From Octopus bimaculoides (taxonomy: Eukaryota), in NCBI RefSeq assembly GCF_001194135.2, contig NC_068983.1, positions 110,111,305 to 110,175,304 of the forward strand: a stretch of DNA of 64,000 nucleotides. The letters run 5' to 3'. Within the stretch, counting starts at the first letter, position 1; each line of letters begins with the position of its first letter. The notes below the pieces were generated by a model. That model was given only the letters and a program-made list of their open reading frames with translations, had not been told where the DNA came from and ran no database searches. Position numbers and translations under genes: made by a program. Positions 39,391 to 52,059 of this stretch are shown piece by piece.

Positions 39391-42241
39391 ATCCATCCTT
39401 GAAGCAAGGGATATTAGTGTAAAATTATACTGCTGCACTAAAAATATGGTGAAGTCAACCTTTTGCTTTGTGCGTTATAATTGCTTTTCATGCATCTAGA
39501 CTCAAGAAAATAAGTACCATTAATAAATCTGGATCGATCCAATTAACTATGCGTTCTCCTCTACAAAGCATTATTTGGAGCCTAAAAGCAGTTTTACACA
39601 TCTTTATTGAAAGTGGTATCTTGGAAGAAGTAGTAATCATATAATATTCATTCATGTCTTACAACAGAAAACAAACATGATATTTAGATTTGACCTATGC
39701 TCTACATTTGCATTCATCCAAAGTAATGTAGTGCGTGATTCTTCCAATCTATAAATTCAATCGTTGGAACGTCCTGGGAACCATTTGATTAATAAAATCT
39801 CATTCTATAAATTTCAAGTCTCATGTTAGCTAAATTTTATATGCACCATGTGGAGCAAAAATGAACAGAAAATATTCCTTAAAATGGTATTTTCTACATA
39901 GCTTAAGACGGTTATCAAAGCATTAATATATTGTATCAATCAACTTGGTAACTTTTTGACATCGCCCGCAATGAAATATGTTGCTAGCAACTAAAGAATT
40001 TAAGTCTCACACGCATATGTAATTTGTGAACGAAGTGGAATAGTAATCTTTAATGGGGATATTAAACATAGAGAAAATTATGTTATAAGGCAATCGTCTA
40101 AGGACGCGAAATATATGCAGAGGCAAAAAACATTTTGATATAAATCTCGAGAGCTATATGAATGATGTTAATATAGTAGAATGGGAGAAATCAGATATGA
40201 AATTGACTGAAGTATATTATCTCTACTGAAAGAATAATATATATATATATATATAAAACGTAATCTAGAAAATAGATTCTGAATAGTTTACTTCTCCACA
40301 TAATAGCAGAAATGTATTAAAAAATATCGGCGTTTAGTAATTAACCAGTATTGCAAGATAACTTTTAAAAAGATATATGTCCAACACAGACGGATATCCA
40401 CGACACCATCTCCGAAGTAGACTTGTTAGTCACAAGACTACATGTAGAGGAATGTATCATACTTCCAGTAGTCTATGTGTCTTCTACGTTCCTAAGACAC
40501 ACAATGTTTCTTCTGAACATTCAACTGCAATTCAGTTCCGTAAGTACTATTCATTGGCTCATTCTTTTAATCCACACTCAGTTTACTTGTGTATTTCTTT
40601 TACCTTTACTCTAAATCACTCTGAGCGCCGTGAACCGAAAATATTCCCTTTGCTCGTGCAGCAAAATCAAAAGCACACTTGAGTCAGACCTCTATGAAAG
40701 GAACATTTTCTTTGCAGCCTTTTACCAATAATTTTTACTAACGATATTCACCGAATTTCGCTTCACTTGTTACGTAAATACCACTTAGAGGGAGAAATCC
40801 AAAAGTGTATGTATGCTGAATTATGAGCACTAAAAGACTGTCGAAGAAATCGTCCTCTTATACCTCTCTTCTGTCACGATACCTTCACTAGCACACACAT
40901 CCCCATTGTAGCTATGGTGTTAGTTGAGTTAAATATATTATATGTGACACTTTTTGATCATCGACCAATAATTCAGTATATGTGATAATTCACTATATTG
41001 GCTGTACAAAATTAGAATTTATATTCACAGGCAACGTAAACATTCTAGTTTGAATTAAATACAAAACACTGTATGTAACACGTGATTGAATTCACCTGTT
41101 TGTTCTAGAGCATGGCTATAAGGAGTAGACCAGTAAATAATGTTTAATGATTCGCATATTGATCAATGAGTCAACAACTTTAGGGTCGGAAGAAGATCAA
41201 TGAATTATATTAGAAGACGCTTCAATAAGTATCCTACTGAAAATGGTTGAAATATTTCCCAGCAATAAAAATATTACATTTATTTTCTTTTATCCGGATA
41301 ACCCTCTATTTTAGTTTGAATCGATATTCTTATTTAACGACTGGTCAAAATATCCTCTCTAGGCAGGACCCTTGATAACCTCGTCTAATATCAGTTGAAA
41401 CCACAGAACCAACACAAATTTCTCCTATTGATTGCTTTATATCTCGAGCAATTATATATGGATTTTATATATAATATATTTCTTGCATTATTAGTTGACC
41501 AACATAGATGAGACAGGCTTATGACTTATATTCGAAGTAGAATACAAGAAATATGAAATATATTCTACGGCTGATGAGTGCTGACTGGCAGAATAAATTT
41601 GATCTAACGCCGCTTTTAAATCAATGGAGGATTAATCGATATTGAATCACATAACATTTCGAAAATCAAACAAATGGCACATTTTGGCTACAGATATTAG
41701 TCTGTCGGTCTGTTAGATGTCATACAAGTGAAGTTGAAGTCCTGGAAAACATCATACAGATTTAATGATTCATGCCTTCGGCCAAAGCCTGCTTTACGTT
41801 AATGACAGTTTGTTGGAAAGTCATAAAACAAAGTAGATTCAGCAGGAAGATAACAAATAAACCAAATAAATACATCAGTCGAATACAAACTTTTAACATT
41901 GCAGCCTCATTACAATAACAATATCTAGTGAAATTTTAACAATTTGAAAGTCAATGTAATAGGATAGGGAAGTTAACGCTAGACAAGATACTTCTGAATA
42001 AAATATACGTAAGCACTAAGCAATAATATTTCATATATGGTAATTCTGATAAAAAAAAGTATATTCTAAATATTTCATTAAATGGAAATATCACTAAAAT
42101 TAAATGTGATAAGTGTTATTCTTTATTCAAAAATATATTTAGTTACTCTGTCGATGTAATTTGTTGAAGACGCATGTTTATTTTGATAGTACATATTCAC
42201 TCTTGCCTTACGTCTTTCTTTTCACTCGCTTTCTCTTTCAC

Positions 42242-42344
<103 letters not shown>

Positions 42345-44199
42345 ATACATATGATATTAAACAGAAATACAAAGCCACTGTAACTTCGCAGTTTCATGAG
42401 AATAGCTCCTCAGAGGAATCGTTTTCGACAAGATTTCTAATTTCAGTCACTGTGAATTTCGAAAACAATAAATTACACGAACACACACCAACATACAGAC
42501 TCATAGACACCCGTACACAAACACATACACACTCTTTCTCTCTATTTCATACATACACTTACACACAGATGTGCGCACATACGCACGCGCGCACACGTAC
42601 ACATGCACATACACACACACAAACTTATTTTGTGGTAGATCCAGTTTGGCTACACCCACGCAAGGGTTAATAAAGCAATAAGTTTAGTAATATGAACAAT
42701 CTAATTTTAATTTTTAATTTTAATTTTAATTTAATTTTAATATAATATATATTAAGTAAGATTTAGTGAAATGTGGTAGGACTTGAAGTTTGTAACCAAG
42801 TTAGTAATTATCAAGTGATTTAACTTGTTATCGTTTAATAGCTTGGGTTTTTTTGTGCTTTTGACCTCTCATACGTCTAAGAGGCAGAATGCACTCGGTA
42901 ACGTGTAGACGTTTACTCGTTCGTATAGCATTACCACCATTTGGAAGTAAGCTCAGTATTTAAAATGGCAGATTTAGCATTATATTTCGAAGGTAATTTC
43001 CACTAGTATTCACCCAACTATCAGTAGTCTCCCCTTAAAAAGTTGGTAGCCGTATTGGTTGCTGGTACTCATCTTATTTCTTTTTGTTTTTATTTTAAGC
43101 TATGCTGAGATGGTGCAGAAGAGCATAAGCGGCCTCGTGCCACTTATGACATAGTCTTGTTCCCCACACCTTTTAATTAATTGGTTTATTTTTTCTTCGT
43201 TATTTACGTTTACTTCTGTAACGGTCTTAACTTGCCCTTGGTTGAAATATGATTGACCAATTGTAGAGATGACAGGACTGTGGTCAGTTCCATTACGGAC
43301 AATAGGTGTTTAATCTCTAGAATATTTCAGTAAGTACATCATTATAAAAACTCTACGGGTTTGGCTTTGGATAAATATTAATTAGCTCTATTTACGAAAT
43401 CATAAATACTATCCGTTTTCTAGACATATTAGCGATTCCTGTTTTACTTTAGCTCTAGTTTTTATACACTACAATTTATACACCCTGGTTTTATAGTACT
43501 ACCATTTATACACCCTGGAATCCCTACATAAAGAGATAACTCATAAATTATTTTTGTAGCTCATTTGTTAGTTCACTGTTTGGCCTATCTACTTCAAGCT
43601 TCACACTGCAAAATAGTATGATTCAAATATATTGAGCCTTCTGGCCTCATCTCGAGGCCCTGTCCTTCCCTCTTTCCTTCGTTTATTCCATTTTATTTAG
43701 TTTTGTATTTGTATTCACTCTAATGAAGCTCCATGTACTAGATCGAATGTGCTAGAAAAATAGCGAAAATTATTTACGGAGTTTTCTTAGTAAGCACCGA
43801 TTGACATCAGCAGCCGAAACGGCCTTACGAAATGTTATGTAATGTTATGCTATGTTTTGTATAAAAAAATAATTAACCGATGTTGGTCAATTTGTTTGTT
43901 TGTTTAATAAAAAGTTTTCTACAATTTCTTCAAATATATATATATATGCATATACTCACATATTATTTGTATTATTACATGATCGAACACACGCGTCATC
44001 TTTGCAAGTAAGTTTAACTTTATATTTCTGACGCGACTCTATTTATCTTTGTATCTTTCTTCTTCTCTCGTCCTTCCTTCTGTTGTTCTTCGCTTCTCCA
44101 CTTCACTACTATATATATATATATCTCTCTTCCTCCTTGTCTCTCGTTGCTAACCTATATTCTACTTCCTCCCCTTTTTTCTCTCTCTATCACTTTTTC

Positions 44200-44620
44200 T
44201 CCCTACCCCTCGCTGGTCACATGTGTCTGGCTACTGCCTCCTTTCTTATCTTGGCTACTGCCAAGCCAGCACGAACTTCTTCTCTCTCCCTTCCAGTTCG
44301 TCTCATCACAGCGTTCAATATACATATATATTTTTTCACGTCTGGCCCTACTAACCCTTCTTGTTTATCTTCACTGTTTCGTTTTCCTGTCATGTATTCT
44401 GTTCGCAACGATATTCCTCCTCATTACAAATTTAGTTTGTTTCTGAGGGAAGAGCCATTCTAACAATGCGTCCTGCCCTAACTCTTCGAAACGCTTAGTT
44501 TTAGAATGGTGCCAGCCGATGACGGAAATGTTCTCTAAGTGGCCTGTGTGTTTTCTGTACTCTGTTAATGTTCTGTTTCTCATTTTGTCCACGTTTTTTT
44601 TTGTGACGTCTTGTACCCAG
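44200..44620 (-). mobile_element. RTE-like LINE 3' relic
   Basis: EYRK...ISVIGWHHSKTKRFEELGQDALLEWL..QTKF and TGKRNSEDKQEGLVGPDVKK resemble the RTE thumb (CYRKIL.I.W.DH.TN.EV; GKR.RGR.R..W.D.VK). Confidence 0.5.
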
Positions 44621-44698
44621 ATATGCATCTACATATACATGTAGATGTAGGTATGTACCTACATGTTCGTATATATGCATATACTCACATATTATTTG

Positions 44699-44737
<39 letters not shown>

Positions 44738-44769
44738 CACGTACACACACATACACACACCACACACAT

Positions 44770-44823
<54 letters not shown>

Positions 44824-44859
44824 TAAAGTTGGAAAAATATTTGATATAACTGCAAACAA

Positions 44860-45000
44860 TATTTCATGAATTTTCAACTCTAATGCTGACGACGCCAAAT
44901 CTAGAGAATCGGGTGGCTGATCAACCAGCTCAAAGCCCCAGCGCTGTACTGCAGCCATTGAAAACAAGGATTTGTGTACTAGACATCACCGTCACTACTA
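44860..45000 (-). mobile_element. Mariner transposase fragment
   Basis: VHKSLFSMAAVQRWGFELVDQPPDSLDLASS corresponds to the degenerate ELVDHPPYSPDLAPS motif. Confidence 0.85.
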
Positions 45001-45258
45001 TCACCGACGTCGAAATCGCCTCTTATCCCTATGGGATGATACAATAAAGTTCTAGTCAAGTTTCTGAGATCGATATATTCAATTTTCGCTTCTTTCAAAT
45101 TTCTGGCGTCATACCTATGTTACAAATATTGTGTCGATTTAATTAGTTTTCTTACCATAAATTGTTAGCCTATTGAGTTAATGTATTTAGATTAGAAAAA
45201 ATATCATAAATATATAATAAATCAGCTATTAGCGATATTTGTAACGAAGAACAATTAA

Positions 45259-45850
45259 TATATCCAGCTTAAATTAGATATGTTGTCTGGATAGGCTCTA
45301 AACTGCTATTAACGTCCACACATACAATCTCATGTTGATGACACGTGCTCATTAAGTAATGACTATATCGGCTGATGAAGTGATCGTCTGCAACGGGAGA
45401 TGGCTTTACCGTATCAAAGGATTTCAACGTTTCGCCAACGTGAGAAGGTATCTTTGAACGTTAATAACAGTCTAAAGGTAATCTAGACAATATATCCAGT
45501 TTAAGTTAGAGTTGCTAATTATTATTCATAACAAATACTACTGTTGTTGCTAATAGCTAATTCATTCGTTACTCACCCGCTTTTTGCGTCATCACTTGCT
45601 GTTTTGCTTATTATCATAATATGATTTTTCGTTCTGGTATTCTGTGCAAGGCTGGGCCGCGACTGATGATCTATAGTCACAGTAAAATCATGTGAGACGT
45701 TAGTGTCATTCACTGGTGCAGGCGATCATTTCATTGGTCGATGCAGTGAGTGCTTAAAGAGCACGCGTTGTCAACATGAGACGGTATTTCTGGACGTCAA
45801 TAAAAATTTAAAGGCGATCTGAATAGCACATCCAGTTTAAGTTGGATGTG
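45259..45850. mobile_element. MITE with ~135-bp imperfect TIRs flanked by TTAA (piggyBac-like), with an extra internal right terminus
   Basis: 45259-45392 matches the reverse complement of 45716-45850. TTAA at 45255-45258 and 45851-45854. A third terminus copy lies at 45455-45514, followed by ctaa. Confidence 0.7.
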
Positions 45851-45877
45851 TTAATTACTAAAAGTATAATACATGTG

Positions 45878-45914
<37 letters not shown>

Positions 45915-47574
45915 AAATTAGAAAATGCGTGTGCAAAAGTGCATATTCGTGTAAAGACCCATTGATAGCGCTTACGTACATTCAGGCGGGGAAAGACTTA
46001 CTGCTGCGGAAAAAGTACCCGGGAGAAAATTCTCCTCCTAGGCGACATGTGTGAAAACACATGGATTCTCGAGGGTCTTACATATGACTTTATAAGAAAA
46101 TGATTTATTGAAGGCTGCTTCATGCGACTTTACATGCATACATACATACATACATACACACCACACATATATACATAAGAAGTATTCATTTTTACTGTCA
46201 CTGTTATAAGGAGTATAATGAAAAGAAGTTGGAAATGCAATTGAAATAGTTAAAATGATTTATTTACGTGAATCGGTTTCACGATGACATGATTTTCAAA
46301 AGTAGTGGAAGAGAGGTGTGTCATGCTCTCTCATGGCTCTCTCGACTCTGAGTGAAATTTCACAATTCGATCACTTTTATGGAGCTTATGGCTCAAATTG
46401 CAGTTGGGTAAGATTCAATTTGACTGTTTGAAGTTGTCAAGAAATCAGGCAATTTGGTTACTTCTCCATAACCTCTGTATATGAGCATCATGTGATTGTA
46501 TGAAGGATAATTGTATCAAATGACCGTCTAATCACCTCTTACGAGCTATGTCCGGGTAGGTTACGAAACTGTATTGCATGTACAATAATTTAGCCAAAAG
46601 TCAAGGCTGTAGATGTGGCCCTATGAAAAACAGTTTGCTTCAATGGCTAAAAAGCAAAGGGAAATTGCTTGTTAGTATGCGAGTGAGATTAGATTGTGTC
46701 TGCATGTATGTGCGTAGATGGTTGACAACGTGTTTGCACATGAGAGGAAGAACAACATTTGCGTATTACCTTAGAAATTTAGCGGTTAGTAAATGCATCT
46801 CCGATATGTTGTTAACATTTATCCAGTCGTTTATACATCTGTTCACATCTGATTTGTAGTTTAAGTTAAATAACTGATGAAATAGAAAGACTTGGACTTT
46901 AGTTGCTGGTAGGTCTATATGCTCTCTAAGGGGATTTGCCTATTCTTTTTTGGTTTGTGTAATTTCGACGATGTCTACCCGCTCTGTTTCGAAGATTGAG
47001 TTTCGTTTGTCCAACGCATTCTTCGCGATCTTCTTTTCATTTAATAGCATGAATTAAAGTTAAATTAAAGTTTTGTTTACGAAAAGGTAAAATTAATTTT
47101 CCCAGTGAAAATATGACATGATTTAAATTTATAAGATGTATCTTTTATAAAACTGATGGTTGTATTTAGGTCAAACACACTTACTTTTGTACATTTTCTC
47201 AATAAACGCACAAAAGAAACTGTTATAAACATTGTCGAGTCTTTTTTCATAGAATTGGTTAGTCTTTTATTTTGATTATTTTGCAAAATTCAAATACCTT
47301 TAACATTCTTGTGTCTTACTTCAATAATGGTTTGCCTCAATTAATGCTGTGTTTCTATATTACATGGGTTTTGTGTTAAGAGTAACGTAGACTATTCGCT
47401 GTACCCAAGTCTTTTGTTTTTCGGAATTCTTGAATGTCTATCGCTTTAGCATATTTTATTCCATTACTAATTAGCATTGTTTGGCTTTCATCTTTCAAGT
47501 AGAATTCATTGTAATTTTTGGAGTGTTTTATTCTGTGTTCCAAAATTCGAATTCGCTGATCATATTCTTCGTAT

Positions 47575-47842
47575 TGTATGTATGTATGTATGTATGTATG
47601 TATGTATGTATGTATGTATGTATGTATGTATGTATGTGTATGTATGTATCTTTCTGTCTGTCTGTCTGTCTGTTTATATACATAAATACACACACACGCA
47701 TATATATATATATATATATATACGTATACATATATGTATAAATATACATACATGCATAAATATAGATATAAATACATATTATATACATATATATATACAA
47801 GCGTATATATATGTATGTATGTATCTCTCTCTCTCTCTATAT

Positions 47843-47913
<71 letters not shown>

Positions 47914-47985
47914 CGAGAGAGAGTGCGAGAGAGAGAGAGAGTGCGAGAGAGAGAGTGCGAGAGAGAGAGAGTGCGAGAGAGACAC
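47575..47985. repeat. (TATG)n/(TA)n/(GA)n compound microsatellite with GTGCGAGA variants
   Basis: Direct reading. Confidence 0.95.
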
Positions 47986-49671
47986 ATTTATGCATTTACA
48001 TGTGTATATGTGTGCGTGACTATATATATTTGTAGATATATATGATACGTTTTAATACAAGTGGAGTGGTAGCTATAAACCTTATCTTTTAAACAATCGA
48101 CTGAATAATTTATATGATTGTATTAAATATAACAGTTTGGCAGAAATCTATGTGCTTGCCAACCTACGAAAATAGTGATCATATTTACTTCACATTCCAT
48201 TATATGGTTTTAAAAATGGTTAATGTGTCTTAGATAGAAAGTAATGAGTTGATCAGGCCTCGGCAAAATGACAGAATTATCATTCTGGGAAGGCTTTTGT
48301 CTATAACTAGATCAAATGTGGCTAAATGATATTTACAACATGAAAGTAAAGTAACTGAATTTCTATTATTTAATTCGTACGAAGTCAAATCCGCAAGAAA
48401 TGCACAATATCGTCATAATAGAGAATGAGACTTTAACTTCGTGTACGATAAGTTAACGGAAGGGATATAATTTAGCTATTTTTGACAAGAATTTGACACC
48501 AATTCTCTCTGAATGAAGTTCTTATCTTAAAAAGATATATGTTTGGTGGTTATTAATAGAATGATGATATACGAGACGCAAAGCTATTGAAGTTAAAATA
48601 CAAAATCTCGACATTCAGCCGAAAATTAAATTATTGCCTGATATTGCGTCTGATCATTGTACTTTATGTTTGCTGATCTCAAGCTGATTATCTTGTCAAC
48701 ATTATTTGGATTTGATCAGTTCAGCTGATGAAACAGTTTTTAGTTTGAAAGGATTGTTTCAGTATTTATCTCTATCACGACTAGAAAATCTTAAGTTAAC
48801 TCGAACTGTCTAAAACGGAGATTAAACTTGATGCAGGTAAATATAACGCATCACAAATTCAAAGTACCAAGTACTAACAATGAAAATAACTAAGACACTC
48901 AGAACCAAATAACAAAACAATAAAATACACATCTATTTAAAAGACAAACAGGTAAACAAATTAACAGTATCTCATTGAAGTGCTTCATTAAGATCAATAA
49001 TTTAAGAACTCAGAATATGTAATGAATCAGTAAACATCAGTAAACAAAATGTAATGATATAAACACTTCAATAAAATATCTCAAAATGTTGCAGTAATCT
49101 GTCTGAATGACTTCTAAAATAATTCACTAATTTTAAATAATATGGAGCATAATTTCCTTCATTGACCCGTTTAACAAATACAAACATTTAAATATGAGAC
49201 GATACGGTTTTTGTCCAGTCTTATTGATTGATTTCTACAATGTCGACTTTGGTATCACAGAATTTACTGAAGCTGTGAAGTTTAGATGTTTATATACGAC
49301 GACTGAAAAAAAAATATATTTTGTTGTTTTTCTAAACTACAGTAATAACAAAATATTTAAATATATATAGTAGGAAAGCTCAGGGTTACGTTGCACAAAA
49401 AAAGCAATTCAAATACAGGGTATTTGAAAGCAGAATCAACTCTGCACTAAGCGAAACGCAACAGAAATATGTTTACGTAAATAATATTTTCTCAGATACC
49501 GTAGGGTATAATAGAAGCGTAAACGTCTGACCACATACGCACAGAAACATTCTATTGTTTTCATTCGTCCACATATTATTACTCAAGTATTTTTCCGATA
49601 TCAATATAAAAATATGTAGGACAACTTGATTTTACACGCACATTACACACACAAACATACACACACACCCG

Positions 49672-49727
<56 letters not shown>

Positions 49728-50145
49728 ATATGTGCGTGTGTGTGTATGTGATATGTATGCGTGTATTTACAAATACATTTGGACATATTGGAAACAGGTC
49801 TTCTTTTCGATATGTTTTCACTAGGCAATTGTGTTCTAATTTTATCTATTTTTACGAATATCTTCATGCTAGCATTGTGCTGTACTATGAATAATTCTTA
49901 CGATAATAGACGTATATTTTTTGCGGAGAATTCTGTATATATAAGTATGGTGTTTACTAAAGTTTTCCTCTCTAGTTTTGGCTTTCATCGTGTGACGGAG
50001 TGCATTCAAGTCGATCCATGTTGGAAGCGTGTGGTAAGACCGATACGGAGAGTCGAATTTACTCGACAAACATGACAGCAGCTGAGATGAAGCTAAATAT
50101 TTTCGCGTTTAAAATAATAAACTAGCGCTATTAATGTACTATACT

Positions 50146-50198
<53 letters not shown>

Positions 50199-50204
50199 TT
50201 TATT

Positions 50205-50312
50205 CTGTTATTCTTTTAGTTGTTTCAGTCATTTGGTTGCGGCCATGCTGGAGAACCATCTTAAGAAACAAATCGACACCAGGACTTATTCTTTGTAAGC
50301 CTAGTATTTATT
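50205..50312 (-). mobile_element. 3' tail of SINE family D, running into gap 50313-50525
   Basis: gtttcagtcattt..tgcggccatgctggag...aaatcgac.ccaggacttattcttt matches 27550-27640. Confidence 0.85.
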
Positions 50313-50536
50313 NNNNNNNNNNNNNNNNNNNNNNNNNNNNNNNNNNNNNNNNNNNNNNNNNNNNNNNNNNNNNNNNNNNNNNNNNNNNNNNNNNNNNNNN
50401 NNNNNNNNNNNNNNNNNNNNNNNNNNNNNNNNNNNNNNNNNNNNNNNNNNNNNNNNNNNNNNNNNNNNNNNNNNNNNNNNNNNNNNNNNNNNNNNNNNNN
50501 NNNNNNNNNNNNNNNNNNNNNNNNNATATATATATA

Positions 50537-50688
50537 TTTAAGAGATGAGGAATTATGTACATTATTTACATTTGACGAATATTTGTCCTCATCTTGTTTG
50601 TTGTTAACACAACGTTTCGGCTGATATACCCTCCAGCTGTCATCAGGTGTCTTGGGGATATTTCGAACCTGGGTTCTCATTCCTAAGG
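50537..50688 (-). mobile_element. Short hammerhead-containing interspersed repeat (Penelope pLTR/retrozyme-like), copy 1
   Basis: About 90% identical to 51036-51163 in opposite orientation. Contains the hammerhead and a 3' stem AGAUGAGGA/UCCUCAUCU. Confidence 0.8.
50606..50651 (-). ncRNA. Minimal type I hammerhead ribozyme, catalytic core intact
   Basis: GACAC CUGAUGA C AGCUG-gaggguauau-CAGCC GAAAC GUU^ GUGUU. Stem I is 5 bp; stem II is 4 bp plus a terminal mismatch; palindromic AACGUU replaces stem III, the known hallmark of dimer-acting minimal animal hammerheads. Confidence 0.8.
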
Positions 50689-51012
<324 letters not shown>

Positions 51013-51035
51013 CAACAACAACAACATCAAAAATA

Positions 51036-51163
51036 CCTGAGGAATGAGAACCCAGGTTCGAAATTTCCTCAAGACACCTAATGAAGGCTGGAGGGTATAT
51101 CAGCTGAAACGTTGTGCTAACAAACAAGATGAGGACAAATATCCGTCAACTGTAAATAATGTA
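51036..51163 (+). mobile_element. Hammerhead-containing repeat, copy 2; core mutated (CUAAUGA, G5->A)
   Basis: GACAC CUAAUGA A GGCUG-gaggguauau-CAGCU GAAAC GUU GUGCU at 51073-51118. Followed directly by a family D SINE tail (51164-51215). Confidence 0.8.
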
Positions 51164-52022
51164 TGGCGGTGCATCAGCATGGCCACAGCTCCGAGCTGAA
51201 ACAACAAAGAAAAGAAATTTATGTATGTATTTATATCTATACATATGTATGTATTTATATAAATAAATATATATNNNNNNNNNNNNNNNNNNNNNNNNNN
51301 NNNNNNNNNNNNNNNNNNNNNNNNNNNNNNNNNNNNNNNNNNNNNNNNNNNNNNNNNNNNNNNNNNNNNNNNNNNNNNNNNNNNNNNNNNNNNNNNNNNN
51401 NNNNNNNNNNNNNNNNNNNNNNNNNNNNNNNNNNNNNNNNNNNNNNNNNNNNNNNNNNNNNNNNNNNNNNNNNNNNNNNNNNNNNNNNNNNNNNNNNNNN
51501 NNNNNNNNNNNNNNNNNNNNNNNNNNNNNNNNNNNNNNNNNNNNNNNNNNNNNNNNNNNNNNNNNNNNNNNNNNNNNNNNNNNNNNNNNNNNNNNNNNNN
51601 NNNNNNNNNNNNNNNNNNNNNNNNNNNNNNNNNNNNNNNNNNNNNNNNNNNNNNNNNNNNNNNNNNNNNNNNNNNNNNNNNNNNNNNNNNNNNNNNNNNN
51701 NNNNNNNNNNNNNNNNNNNNNNNNNNNNNNNNNNNNNNNNNNNNNNNNNNNNNNNNNNNNNNNNNNNNNNNNNNNNNNNNNNNNNNNNNNNNNNNNNNNN
51801 NNNNNNNNNNNNNNNNNNNNNNNNNNNNNNNNNNNNNNNNNNNNNNNNNNNNNNNNNNNNNNNNNNNNNNNNNNNNNNNNNNNNNNNNNNNNNNNNNNNN
51901 NNNNNNNNNNNNNNNNNNNNNNNNNNNNNNNNNNNNNNNNNNNNNNTATATATATACATACATACATAGACACACATACACCAACACACACACTCACAAG
52001 CACACACACGCATATATATATA

Positions 52023-52059
<37 letters not shown>

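Noticed and set aside
40280-40700. Possible Tc1/rosa-type transposase N-terminal relic on the minus strand
   Set aside because: Only vague similarity; no diagnostic motif or TIR could be read.
41540-41610. CTGATGA GTGC..GCA GAAT hammerhead-like string
   Set aside because: The GAAA motif is broken and I could not place stem I or III with a UH site in register.
44430-44620. Continuation of the 44860-45000 mariner, split by a microsatellite
   Set aside because: The translation fits an RTE thumb region better than a mariner C-terminus.
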